A model generated the notes under the pieces. It made no database searches and was not told the DNA's origin. It saw nothing but the letters and a program-made list of their open reading frames with translations. A program made the position numbers and the translations under genes. Shown here in pieces: positions 43,601-53,182 of a stretch of 64,000 nt of DNA (position 1 is its first letter; every line of letters starts with the position of its first letter). Source of the stretch: Phoronis australis. Its lineage: Eukaryota; Animalia; Phoronida. The stretch covers positions 124,001 through 188,000 of the forward strand of contig NMRA01000048.1 of assembly GCA_002633005.1 (NCBI GenBank), written 5' to 3'.

Positions 43601-46600
43601 GTGCTCGTGAATTATTCCCAGACATTTTCACGTAATCGTCTCTTATCCACAGAAACGTCGACTGTGAACAAGATAGACATGCTTCAGTTTACGAAAACCG
43701 AGTTTCTGATAACATCGGATAGAACAGACGTTTTGGGAAGCATAATGGCAACAATTAATGGGAACGCCTCCTCCGCAATTCGTTACAGATTGATTTCACC
43801 AACAAAGTAGGTCACATCTAATGACAATGTACTGAGGTTTTTTGATCAAAGGGTCTGTTTATTATTCGCGTGAACTAATTCTGTATCATTTGTCAAACAG
43901 AAAAAAGATTTTGTTGCTATTCACATTGCATGTGAGATTAAAAACGTAACACCTTATGCTGGTTTAACAGTTTTGACTGCAACAATTCACAAAATTGATT
44001 AAAATTTGTATTAGGAAAACTAAATAACAAACAGTAGAGATGTCAGACTCAAACAGTACTTAATAAGTGTACCTCAGCAATTTAAACATTACTTAGCTAT
44101 TTTATTACATTGGTGCGTTGCATCAGCAACCTAAACGTTAGTTTAATTCGTCACGGATCATGCAAGATTCTTGATGCGATACGTTTATTACATGTACGGA
44201 ATGTAGTAGGAAGACACTTAACACAGCGCCATCTACTGTACAGGTGTAGGTTACTTATACTTTAATTCTGTTAAAGGTTGTTTTCCATCCACCCCACCGC
44301 TGGCACAATCCGTCTTGAGGTAGAAAAGACTCTCTTGACCGAGCAAATGTATCCATTGACTGTCGAAGCTCGCTCCGGAGGACTGAGAGCTAACACTGAA
44401 GTGATTATTTATTTCCGTAAGTATAAAAACTCAATTACATTCAACTCATAATTTCCTAAAATTAAGTTACTAAAATTACCAGTCTTGTGTATTATCCATT
44501 GCTAACGGAGAATTGGTCAACATAACCATATTCCATTAATTCTCTGGAAGAGACATTTTGCTTGTCGAAAAGAGACCTATACCGAGACGACGACATACAC
44601 TTTTTTCCGTTATTTAAGAGGGCGTTAAATCTACCTGACACGTTGGAAAAATGCGTAGTTCGTCTGGTTTCAGTATGGGAACTGTTCTACCTGTAATTTT
44701 GGAGTATTCAGGAAGCGAGGCGAAATTGCTCTCAGNNNNNNNNCCCCCCCCCCCCCCCATGAAGAAAGACCTGTACGGGCGAAATTAGAAGACCTAATCT
44801 GGAGGAATCTGGTGGTTTCGTTTTCAGGGGAAGTGTGGTCTGCCTGGTTTCCTTACGGGAGCTGCACTGCCACATGTGACTTCGGATTTCAATCTGCCCG
44901 ACGAAAATGTTTGAGTCCGCCCATGAAGAATGGCAGTCTGTCGTGTTCAGGCCTGGCGTGGCGTTATGTTGCCTGCTATAAAAATGTATCATGTAAACTG
45001 ATATATGACAGGAAAAGTAAGTAAACACTGTACTTTTTTAGGACGCGTTCCGTGGGACGTTTTTTTCCGTGCATGAGTGGTGCGCAGGTTGTTACAGACC
45101 GGTGCTAATAGTTTTCGGTGCGACGATAAGCTGAAGACTGGTTCGAGTTAATCACTTTATCAACCTCGACCGCACATTCACAAGTCTACTCAAACGAAAT
45201 GTCCGACTTAATGTCTGCTCTATGCTCCAGCCAGTGCTGCGATTTGTGATGAACTTCTTAAACACTTCCAGCAACTGTTGACTCTGTTGATTCAATAACC
45301 TCCTGACTCTATAGCTGGCTCTCTATTGACTAACGCTGTAAAAACATCACGAACAAACTAGAATCTTCTAGAGTGTTTTCTAGTATCCCATTGTAAACAA
45401 ATTACACCATCGCTGTCCTGAACTCATGGGTCATGTCAATCAAGTGCTGTCTACTATTACACAGACGGAATAGTTTAAAACTTACTTAACTCAGAACAGT
45501 GCCAGTACACCTATGACAAACTCGTAAAACGTATGCTAGGTCACGTCGATCGCGGTGACAGTAGCTTCTTGTGAGTGTCTTGCGTTTCCATAACGGGAAC
45601 AAAGGCTTCATCTCGGTTGAATTATAACAGTTTCAATGGAAAAAGAAAATCGTGTCAGTTTCAAATCCATTTTGTTCATGAAAACGCCACATTGCAAGGT
45701 AGATGAGTCAGCCTTCAAGGCACACGTACCAATTTTTCTGCAACGCAACTGTCAAGCAACAACTCGTCGATTAATGTCGACACTGTGTCGCAGTTGCGTA
45801 CTTGTCACTGTTGAGGGTAAATGTACATGCAGCCGTACTAGTTCCGCTGCGACAACGCTGGGTTGCAAGACGTTGAAGTCGCGTTGCAGACATGTCTCTA
45901 AGTGTGGACGGGTCTTAAACGACACTTTATAATAAAGAATTGACGAAAAACCTGACACTGACTGTAAAAATTCGTAAAATATTTGGGCAAATTTTGTTGC
46001 AAGAATATGACGTTCCTTCAGCACTGCTTCATGTCTCGAAGATTATTAACAGCAGAATATTTGACGATGAGAGAGCAACCCTGCTGTCAGGGCCAATTGT
46101 CGGTTGATATCCCAGCTGTGACAGACATTTGCCTAACGGAAAAACTATCATCAATAACAATGAATGCGCCACCTAACGCCGATCCGCACTTACCTGACGC
46201 TATCGTGAGAGTTTGCACACCGAGAGGTCATGAACTAGCAGCATACAGAACAAACCGATACAAATAGTCCAAACACTGATATGAATCTACAAGTTCAAGA
46301 TTATATAGATTTGTCTGTCCACGCGCCACTCGAGTCTTCTCGCACCCGTCACAAATTTCTTTTCATCGTTTATCTCATTTCCGGCGCAGATGCTTATTTC
46401 CACTCCTGGGCCACTTTTTGCTTCTCACGGACATGTATCGTTGCTCGCGCACCGAACAATCCTGCTTCAGCACACACATTCCAAGAGTGCAGAATACCAA
46501 ATTTGTTCCTTACACAATTTGCCCACCTCTCGGGTCACTTTGCATAATTTGTCATAAAATCTCCAAGCATAAAACATATGTGAAGATTCTCTACTTGTAA

Positions 46601-48003
46601 ACACATTCCCGCCAATTTTCAATCAGTCCTTCTAAACAGGCTCATTTTAAAGTTACTGCAACAAAACAAGTAGCAATTTTGCTATACATATACGGTGTGT
46701 TTAAGCGTAGAATGAATAGGTTATTCACTCACCCTGTGCTCAGAAACGTGTCGCTTGTACTCAACTGTCCGATGCTGGTATCCCGAAAATACGACTTTTA
46801 ATTAATCATCGATTTTTCCAGTGAAATTTGATCAACTAGATAGCATGTATTGTGCAAACTACATATATGTAGCAAGAGAAAGGCATTTCCCTATTTCACG
46901 GTATTCAAATAAACTGTTATAAAACTGAATCAGCGACCTTGAGATGTTGAATCAAAAATAGCCGAGTGTTTGCCCATGATCAGGAAAGTGACGTTGCCGG
47001 CAGTGTTGGTACATCCACGAGCAAAGAAATGTTACTGACGGATTTAGAGGGGGGCATGCCCCCCCCCCCTTGGAATTTTCCCATATTCCATTTGGCAGTT
47101 CGGGAGTGCGAGTTTCTGAAGGGGGAAATCCTGGCTAATAGTCTGACCTGCCGCCCTCCCAACTCAAAATCCTGGATCCGCCCATGAATGTGTCCGCGAG
47201 ACGCAAAAAGTGGCCTGAACCTGGGAGAATATGTCAAGATAGACAACATTGGAGATCGGTTCAGTTCAACTTAGCATTCATCACTGAAGAGGCCACCCTC
47301 ATTTTAAATATCACAATAATAAATAAATAAATACATTGTATTTTCAAACGCCGAATTGGACTTTCTGTCTCATTTCCTTTCAGACCTTGCATTCCTGTAC
47401 AAGAACATTATTGACGAGCCGAAAATGAAGCTGTACGTATTGTACTGTTTCCTGGTTATGCTAATTCCTTCACTGTTCCTTCTGGGGTGGGTCACAAGGT
47501 CAATTTATGTGAAAAGTAGAGACGCATTTATTGAGGAGACAGGAGAGGAATTCGATTATCACGTTCTTCGTTTGGCTCAACTCATTCTGGAGACTAAGAG
47601 TGACGAAGGTCTGAATTTTGATGTACATGACGATGATCTTTTCCGTCAGTCACGCCAAATAGTTTCGGATACGTTGGAGGAGTTACGTCAAGCGGATCCC
47701 GTGGAATGCGCTGCACTCACAAATCACTCGACCAAGGCTTTGTTCAATAGGAGGTTCGAGTTACGAGGGAAACCCCTGGATGAATTCGTTCATTTAGCCC
47801 AGAAAATTATCATCAATAATTATATAGAGCACATGTCATTTTCGGATTCATTTAGCTCTTATTCGTCCGATGACTCATCACTGATGCGTGAACTGTTGAC
47901 TCTGGCTACGAAGAAAAAAACAGTAGAAAACAGCGACACCTCTTCGTTGACGGAAACGAGTAGTAAAACATCTCCTTTGAGGCATCATGAAGCACGCAGA
48001 TAA
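10455..48003 (+). CDS. Atypical cadherin-domain type I membrane protein (signal peptide, ~11 cadherin-like repeats, Gly/Asp spacers, TSP1, TM, cytoplasmic tail); multi-exon gene
   Basis: 25 exons with AG acceptors and GT donors (one GC). Phases are consistent except at 18485->21425, where one exon is missing. Motifs: LDFE, DVNDNNPVF, ATDRD, ASDNGDPP, WSAW..C..TC, TM helix. Confidence 0.88.
10884..10945 (+). CDS. Cadherin gene exon 2
   Basis: ttcag|NPITYRMNTPTSEQFRVDRS|gtag; phase 0-2. Confidence 0.8.
11549..11826. mobile_element. Palindromic MITE family copy (AACTCGA-rich), truncated at N
   Basis: Homologous to 61672-62013 and more weakly to 56790-56995. Confidence 0.7.
12263..12347 (+). 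CDS. Cadherin gene exon 3
   Basis: GEVKLTRPLDFEKVTSYTFGVVATDGVH|gtaag. Confidence 0.92.
12399..12485. mobile_element. MITE monomer (CATGGGCGGCGC TIR) with 5-bp TSD
   Basis: TIRs catgggcggcgc / gcgctgcccatg; exact ctttt on both flanks. Confidence 0.85.
13860..14507 (-). mobile_element. LTR-like dispersed repeat
   Basis: Homologous to about 45062-45518; on the - strand it begins TGTCA and has AATAAA near its 3' end; no TSD found. Confidence 0.6.
14657..14835 (+). CDS. Cadherin gene exon 4
   Basis: TLPATVKVLVLDVNDNNPVFSKPEYVI...AATDRDQGAGVSYQLLNHG|gtaag. Confidence 0.93.
16185..16347 (+). CDS. Cadherin gene exon 5
   Basis: LFSIGTHTGVMRR...YTVVVEARDALQIPFRAAVAIVSVKFLPKC|gtgag. Confidence 0.88.
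16997..17132. mobile_element. MITE (CAGTGGCGGAT TIR) with 5-bp TSD attat
   Basis: TIRs cagtggcggattta / tggatctgcccttg; internally homologous to 47033-47186. Confidence 0.8.
17314..17439 (+). CDS. Cadherin gene exon 6
   Basis: NPVTNEKSVTVRFDLKQYRVRVMEDVLVKSAILTIKLIPNVP|gtaaa. Confidence 0.85.
18026..18096 (+). CDS. Cadherin gene exon 7
   Basis: QAALTFKLKSSTGDNFQVSEKSG|gtaag; phase 0-2. Confidence 0.82.
18401..18485 (+). CDS. Cadherin gene exon 8
   Basis: CVIKVKERLDYEAIKEHTLDIEVWQGNQ|gtaac; 85 nt. Confidence 0.9.
20613..20711. repeat. 16-bp minisatellite (GGACTAGTGCACCTTC) x6 or more, ending at an N
   Basis: Six units seen directly. Confidence 0.95.
20715..21030 (+). repeat. Degenerate ~145-bp tandem repeat (about 2.3 units)
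   Basis: tggtacctcg...ta.g.ctagctcatttt recurs at about 20720, 20863 and (weaker) 21004. Confidence 0.65.
21425..21581 (+). CDS. Cadherin gene exon (second half of EC4)
   Basis: IFFVNHRTGEITLRTGASVTDDEYTVFVQASDNGDPPRTAATVVVVTNTLPP|gtaag. Confidence 0.92.
21955..22016 (+). CDS. Cadherin gene exon with GC donor
   Basis: ttttcag|KNTLKFFMEKPFPDEFKLDE|gcaagt; 62 nt like exon 2; phases fit both neighbours. Confidence 0.75.
22081..22152 (-). mobile_element. tRNA-derived SINE head (degenerate)
   Basis: B box GGTTCGATTCC on the - strand; no clean cloverleaf. Confidence 0.45.
22578..22662 (+). CDS. Cadherin gene exon
   Basis: GVVRLAKKLDGSRRNQYQLEIGVTNGKQ|gtaaa; 85 nt. Confidence 0.9.
22881..23123. 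mobile_element. MITE (CATGCGCG TIR)
   Basis: TIRs catgcgcgtacccag / ctgggtgagcgcatg; flanks cgcta/cacta; second copy at 36870-37092. Confidence 0.75.
23609..23796 (+). CDS. Cadherin gene exon F1
   Basis: KDSMTLFVTVAHENGDGKLDFPNRIVKV...VTFSLNSHT|gtaag. Confidence 0.9.
24218..24381 (+). CDS. Cadherin gene exon G1
   Basis: LFTLRSLNSTSAEIRLS...IYNLKVEASVRGQNPQTKEALIVIKFTT|gtaac. Confidence 0.9.
25442..25521. repeat. (TATG)n microsatellite
   Basis: Seen directly. Confidence 0.95.
26306..26816 (+). CDS. Cadherin gene exon F2 with long Gly/Asp spacer (contains the 135-N gap)
   Basis: tgcag|GGGDGGGGDGG...NYEFIFPSKIFKVSSVRVNDAVATLSA...FSLTSHT|gtaag. Confidence 0.88.
27988..28151 (+). CDS. Cadherin gene exon G2
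   Basis: LFSLRAIKPRSCEILLMVDPSKLTSDVYNLKVEASIGG...LQFTK|gtaat; 164 nt. Confidence 0.9.
29440..29683 (+). CDS. Cadherin gene exon F3 with Gly-rich spacer
   Basis: ANKGGGSDGNGGGDGENG...NYELTFPHAVFEVSAVKRHDQVAKVCA...FTLKSYT|gtaag. Confidence 0.9.
31978..32141 (+). CDS. Cadherin gene exon G3
   Basis: LFTLRSFNSSCAEVELSAEPSKLTSMIYNLKVQASVGG...VQFTN|gtaat; 164 nt. Confidence 0.9.
32705..32846. mobile_element. Dimeric MITE (CATGGGCGG TIR) with 5-bp TSD agcaa
   Basis: Two tandem monomers with one exact TSD around the dimer. Confidence 0.85.
33108..34675. mobile_element. Solo LTR-like insertion (1,568 bp)
   Basis: TGTCAGA...TCTGACA termini with an exact 5-bp TSD ctagt; non-coding. Confidence 0.75.
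34692..34843. mobile_element. Dimeric MITE, inverted relative to 32705
   Basis: The reverse complement shares the junction gtctatgggcggtgtaccacagggg. Confidence 0.8.
35123..35288 (+). CDS. Cadherin gene exon F4
   Basis: VGGGDKSDGELVFPSKIFKMQSATLNAMVGIVSA...ITFSLKSHK|gtaag. Confidence 0.88.
36441..36598 (+). CDS. Cadherin gene exon G4
   Basis: LFTLRPLNSSSAEIRLTREKSKLTSDIYYLKIEASVEG...VKFTK|gtaat. Confidence 0.9.
36870..37092. mobile_element. MITE, same family as 22881
   Basis: Shared gcgaagtgggcaaa and aaaattcgagccc...ttttaggctggg. Confidence 0.7.
37292..37456. mobile_element. MITE (CAGGGGCAGATCCAGG TIR)
   Basis: TIR partner cctggatctgcctgtg; flanks caatt/caact. Confidence 0.75.
38288..38444 (+). 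CDS. Cadherin gene exon F5
   Basis: KPEPKNKDEIEFTKTTFHVSSIEMNAVVAKLSATVNG...VTYSLKSHT|gtaag. Confidence 0.9.
38505..38565 (+). mobile_element. tRNA-derived SINE head
   Basis: A-box-like TAGTGG plus B box GGTTCGAATCC; acceptor stem incomplete. Confidence 0.55.
39322..39470 (+). CDS. Cadherin gene exon G5
   Basis: LFSVDAKSGEIRLQVPKVQLSERTYIVTAHARTSG...ADIKIIL|gtgag. Confidence 0.92.
43653..43806 (+). CDS. Cadherin gene exon F6
   Basis: TSTVNKIDMLQFTKTEFLITSDRTDVLGSIMATING...IRYRLISPT|gtagg. Confidence 0.88.
44277..44416 (+). CDS. Cadherin gene exon G6
   Basis: LFSIHPTAGTIRLEVEKTLLTEQMYPLTVEARSGGLRANTEVIIYF|gtaag. Confidence 0.9.
44828..45016 (+). CDS. Cadherin gene exon: thrombospondin type-1 domain
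   Basis: WSAWFPYGSCTATCDFGFQSARRKC...C...C...C with six Cys; phase 1-1. Confidence 0.92.
45062..45518 (-). mobile_element. LTR-like dispersed repeat, second copy
   Basis: Homologous to 13860-14507 with an internal deletion. Confidence 0.6.
47033..47186. mobile_element. MITE with exact 5-bp TSD aatgt
   Basis: Homologous to 16997-17132; ends cctggatccgcccatg. Confidence 0.8.
47384..48003 (+). CDS. Cadherin gene terminal exon: TM helix and ~170-aa cytoplasmic tail
   Basis: ctttcag acceptor in phase 1; TM LYVLYCFLVMLIPSLFLLGWV; longest ORF in the window; TAA ends at 48003. Confidence 0.88.
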
Positions 48004-51000
48004 CTCAAACTGTTTTGTTTGTCACCATTCATAATAGTAGAATGTGTAGATTACCTGCAACATACAATCAAATCGCTAATAAAACTGAATTAATCATGGT
48101 GGGTTTTCTTGATAATGGCAATGATCACCATGGAGACAGCACTGGTGGTGATGATAATGGTGATGACGATGATCATGATGATGATGGAGACGCTTACAAA
48201 AATTCTGAGGCGTAGCTTGTGGTTATCGCCGCCCAGAACGGAATATAGCGGAACCTCGTTGGTCGTTACCAATTTTGTGCCACGTTTTCCCCGTGTTCCC
48301 TCGGTGTTATCCCCCGTCGGGGTACGGCCCACGGCGGCATGCCACTTTCCACCCCCTTGCTACGCCACTGCATTGATAATATTTTCAGTTGTGATTCGTA
48401 ACCGGTGCTTAATTGGAAATCATCCGGAACATATGACAAGCTTTTCAATCGCTTGCCGCTTTACGTATTTGTCGAAGGTTTTCAACTAGCGCTATCTGGG
48501 GGTGTGTTCCGTAGTAGATCCAAGACATGAGCTGTCTGGTTTGAAGGTTATCAGTGGCCAGGATCAATGAAAACTCTTGTTTGCACAGCTGTCTCAAGAC
48601 ACCTGACTCAAGACACCTGAAAAGGGCATAAGTGACAGAAAGTACACTCTATGGGGTCTCTCAAAGATAAGACATTCAACAACAAAGCCATGTCTTTTCA
48701 TCTCGCTATGTCCATCGGAAAAAACTGAGATGTCAAAAAATGACCAGTTGGGATTTTGGCCTTTTTGTACCTAAAATCACAAATTAACAACTGTCTCGAT
48801 GTAAGAGAGGAGACCAGAATCCGAATGCGCTTTCGCTCTGGATTTCAGAAATTTAGGTTAAAATTTGTCATTTCCAACCATATTTTTGAAAATTTCCACT
48901 TGTCTGAAGTGTACCTGGATTCGCACCAAGAATTCAACACTCAGCAAGGACGTGCTTTAAAATTGGCGGTAGGCCTATTTCCGCTTCCGGGTAGACAAGA
49001 GCAGAGGTAAAAGTTCTGGACTCAGTTTACTCAAAACAACTTCATGTAAACACTGAATATTTTTCTTCTTTCCATTAAGTCCACAAAACTGCCGTCAAAC
49101 TTGATCCGTCCCATTTTCTTCAGTTTTGGGCGAGGTACGAAGATCTGAACTCTGACCTTACACCCACAATGGAGCTCTATTGCATAATTCAACATTCCAA
49201 CTTCACGGACCGATCACTTCCGTGGCCGCCATTTTGATGGATTACGCTACTAAGATCTCGAGAATACTAGGGAAACTCTTGCATTTCACTGGCGTGGTTT
49301 ACCTTGGTCATGTATGACCTCCCTTTACTTGAAGTACTTTGTCTATACGAAACGCACACCTTGCTCTTAATTCAATCTCCGGGATTCGAACACTTCTAAA
49401 TTTGATACTCTATGTTCTAATTATATGGTATAGCGAAGCTTTCATGAAAAAGACACCCAAGTTTTTTGTTCCAGAAACACCACACTTTCTTTGGTATTAT
49501 TGTATAGTTGAATTATTAGCTCATATATTCTGAAACAGTTTACGAACAGGTGTCTTAAATGTATTTGAAATGTCGTGTAAGTGCACCGTTGTGTCAGCAT
49601 CGGGTAAGCTTTTGGTTACCTTGTAACATGGACTCAAATGACAACTTAAAAATCCTAGAAATGATCCCTATCTGACTAGTTGACCGTGTAATTTGTAAGT
49701 CTGTCATGAGGTTGTTCACCCTTGTCACGACTATGCTTGCAAAGTAGTAACAAACTGTAACAGTGGTCAACAAACTTTTCATTTTCAATAAAACAAGTTG
49801 CTATTCTTGGTTTGAACCCATAATTAAAGGTTCATGCAGTGATATACCTTCAACTAACTGTCTTCACAGATGTTAAAATCAGTGTTATTTTCTTACACAG
49901 TTGCGTTGGTTAAACCAACAAATATCTAATCTAATACATCCAACTCAATAAATCTGCAAGCTCCAATTGCATCTCATTTCATTCGAGTAACCGGTTGGCA
50001 TGCGAGCGCGCATTACTCTTTTTTAGTCCCAAACCGAGTGGCAAGTACTTGATCATATCATAATTTATATACACCAGCTCCATTTTTATTAACCTTTGAA
50101 ACTGCATTTCACCCTGTTTAGATAGCTGAGCAAACGAAAATCGAATTGGACCTTATACTCTCCTGGAAGCGTTCTCGTGGTGTTCCTTATGATCATTCTA
50201 TTTCCGTTGCCAACAAGGTCTTCGAAATCATCAGCAAAATGTAACTTTACAATTCTGTGCATACAGTCACATGTCTACAAAACCTTAAACTTTAGAGAAA
50301 TATTTCTGAAACCAGAATGCCTGTAGTCAGTAGAAAATGGTTTCTGACTTTATACCAATCTTCTGTTGATTGGGTCACGTGGCCATATGTTTCACTAAAA
50401 TTTAATAAAAAATAATGCACAATTACAGCAGGACAATGGTATCTGCTCGATAAAATGACTGGATTTCATTTGAAATTAATGTTCGAGATGAAATCTCAAA
50501 ATCTTGTTTCAGTTTGCTAGTCATCATTTCGTTTTCGTTTTATACAAATCTTCATTTTTTTCATAAAATTCATGTTTTTGTTAGCAACTCACGCAAAATT
50601 GGATCTCTTTAAAAACAATTCCTAATAGGGTTCTTGAGAACGCTAAACATTTCATGTGAATCTGATTACTGATTTCTGAGATATTAATAATGAATGCTCC
50701 CGAAGAATGTCAAACTTTAACATTTGCATAGGGTCCTACATTTAACATTCTGTAATTTCGAGTTCCGTTATTGAATTGAAGCGATTTTGTCGGTATGTAA
50801 GGAAATTTTTAAACATTTTAATAGTATTTTTGTAGTTTTGTCTTATTCTAATTTACTTTTTGCTAATTTCAATTTGTCCTGAAGTGGACTTTGACGTGTG
50901 ACAACACAGAAAACACTGGGAAGCTCTCAGGTAATGTTGAATTTCTTGTTAATGTTTAATGTAGACTGACATTTCCAAAATAATCCGTAGCACGCCTACA

Positions 51001-53137
51001 GCATTTCCATCTATTTTGCCGCATGTATCCAAGTCAAATCCTTCTGTGGTCAGACGCAGGTATTGCGGGGGTGAATCTGAAACTTGTTTCAGTGTTGTCA
51101 TGAATTACAAAATAATGGGCCGTCCCACTCGTGTTCATTGTGTGTCCGCGCAAAAATGTGAACAATAGAAATATAGTATGATAATAGTATACCACCCCGA
51201 CAAACCTGTCTTGGCCCACAGTTTATTTTAATCTAGAGCGCATATTTTCATACTGGACCTGTAAATACGTATATTGTTTACGGTTGGGTGCACAGTTAAC
51301 TGTGTGCGAGATATATTACAAGTCTGACAAGCTTGATTTCACTTGATGTCTCGTAGATAGGTGAGCTTTGATTTAAATACTCGTACCTGACGCTTTGTAG
51401 TTTGCACTTCATGAAAAGTTTTTTGTTCGTTAAACATTTGCGTTCAAAGGACGTCCTGTGTAAATCATGATCTATTGTGTGGTTAAAGGTATACGCTAGC
51501 GTTACTCTTGGAACGCCATCATGTCTACAGGACAGGTCAGTGTTTATCATACGCATCTAACCCGGCTGGCCGCAGCAGCAAGGTCCACTCATCGGCTGTT
51601 GAGGGCCTGCGTTGAGGTCAGTCTCAGCCTAGCAATGACCACCGTCTCTAGTTGATCTACATGTACTGGTCAGCTAGAGACGGTGGTAACTGTCTAGTCT
51701 CAGCCAAGACACAACGAATACTTTCAATTATTATTAGTTCTCAACGATGGATCGATGACGTGTGAGCCGAGGGAACACTAGAGAGCCACGTGTGGGGAAA
51801 TTGATGATGAATGTGAAGGGGTGGTGGCCACGAACTAAGCTTAAGGTCTACGACTTGTGAATTCAAGTTACCTACCGTCAGACCAAGTAAGGCCGACTGC
51901 GTACTTTACGCCGGCCGCCCTCCGGCAGTACCGCGCCTCCTCGCATAATTAGTTCAGTCCTGAACACGTACTATAATAGCGGCCTTCTGTCGAGTCAACG
52001 CGAACTTTTAAGTTAACTGCTCACATCTTGTTCCTTGGTCACATTAGGTGTGACCCTGAACTTGGGAAGGACAAGTTATGTGTTATTGGTTTGAAACTAG
52101 GCTCAAGAAGTGGTCGCCACCGGGTTTGGCCTTACTTGTCACCCGAGGCCATAGCGGATTACGTGCTATAATAGTATGTGGTAATTAGAACTGAAAGCGA
52201 AACTTGTTAATTTGATGATTATACTGAAATTACTTCCGAAAAATGACTTCTGACAAATGCTCCTTTTGCAAGATAACCTGTTTTTGTACTCTAAAGCAGT
52301 CTCGCCACTTATATATACATTTATTAATCAGTGACGTCAGTTCAGTACACTGCTGCCCCCTGGCAGACACACCTGACTTCTGTAAAGGAATGGTCACGGA
52401 GGCTGGTTAATTACATGAAACACGTGAAATAGTTCTTCTCCCTTTACCATTCCCGGTGAGAGCTGAAATTTTTCGGAAGTAGCAGTAGCGCGGAATTGAA
52501 CTCACTAACTTCATAGTAGCAGCCTAGTAGTTGCGCACTCTGCTAAGCCAAATCCCATGCGTTAATTTTTTTTCAAAATAATTTTGAGAAAGCAGAAAGT
52601 AAAAATGGGCCTGCAGTTGTTAATATTACGTTCATCTAATTCGCATTTTTGTATATAGGTACAATCTTGGCAATTTTCAAATCAATTGGAAAATAACCTG
52701 ACTTTGTGTAGTGATTGGTTTTATTATAACCGGAGTAATCAATTTCACGAGTTTCGTAGAAATGTTGTCAAATCCTATGGTAGATTTCAATTTGATATTG
52801 CTCAACGACTATAAAACATTGTTTTCATTTACTGCTTGAAATTTAAATTTATTTGTTTGCATAGGATTGGATAAGAAAGAGCCAAATTTAGAGACGGTGT
52901 GCGTGGACTGGCAATTGCTTAAGCCAATATTTATATAAAGGCGTTGTTAAATTCATGAGCTAATGACGTTTCATCAAATACCTAATATGTTTGTTTTGTT
53001 ATATATTCTTATATTCTGGTAATTTGATGGAGTTGTTGTTTGTTTTGAAAATACTGATGACCACATTCCATGTCTTGCTAGAATCTTTTTTATGTTTAAA
53101 AACCGGACGATCGCCGCATAAATAAAAATGTTCATGT

Positions 53138-53182
53138 TCAATTTAACGTTTCGTCTTTTCATTAGACATCATCAGGATCATA
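53138..53182 (-). ncRNA. Minimal hammerhead ribozyme-like motif (Penelope-type)
   Basis: - strand reads UGAUC-CUGAUGA-U-GUCU-AAUGAAA-AGAC-GAAA-CGUUA; stem I is imperfect. Confidence 0.55.

Noticed and set aside
48109-48489. ORFs after the cadherin stop codon
   Set aside because: GAT/GGT low-complexity sequence in the presumed 3' UTR.
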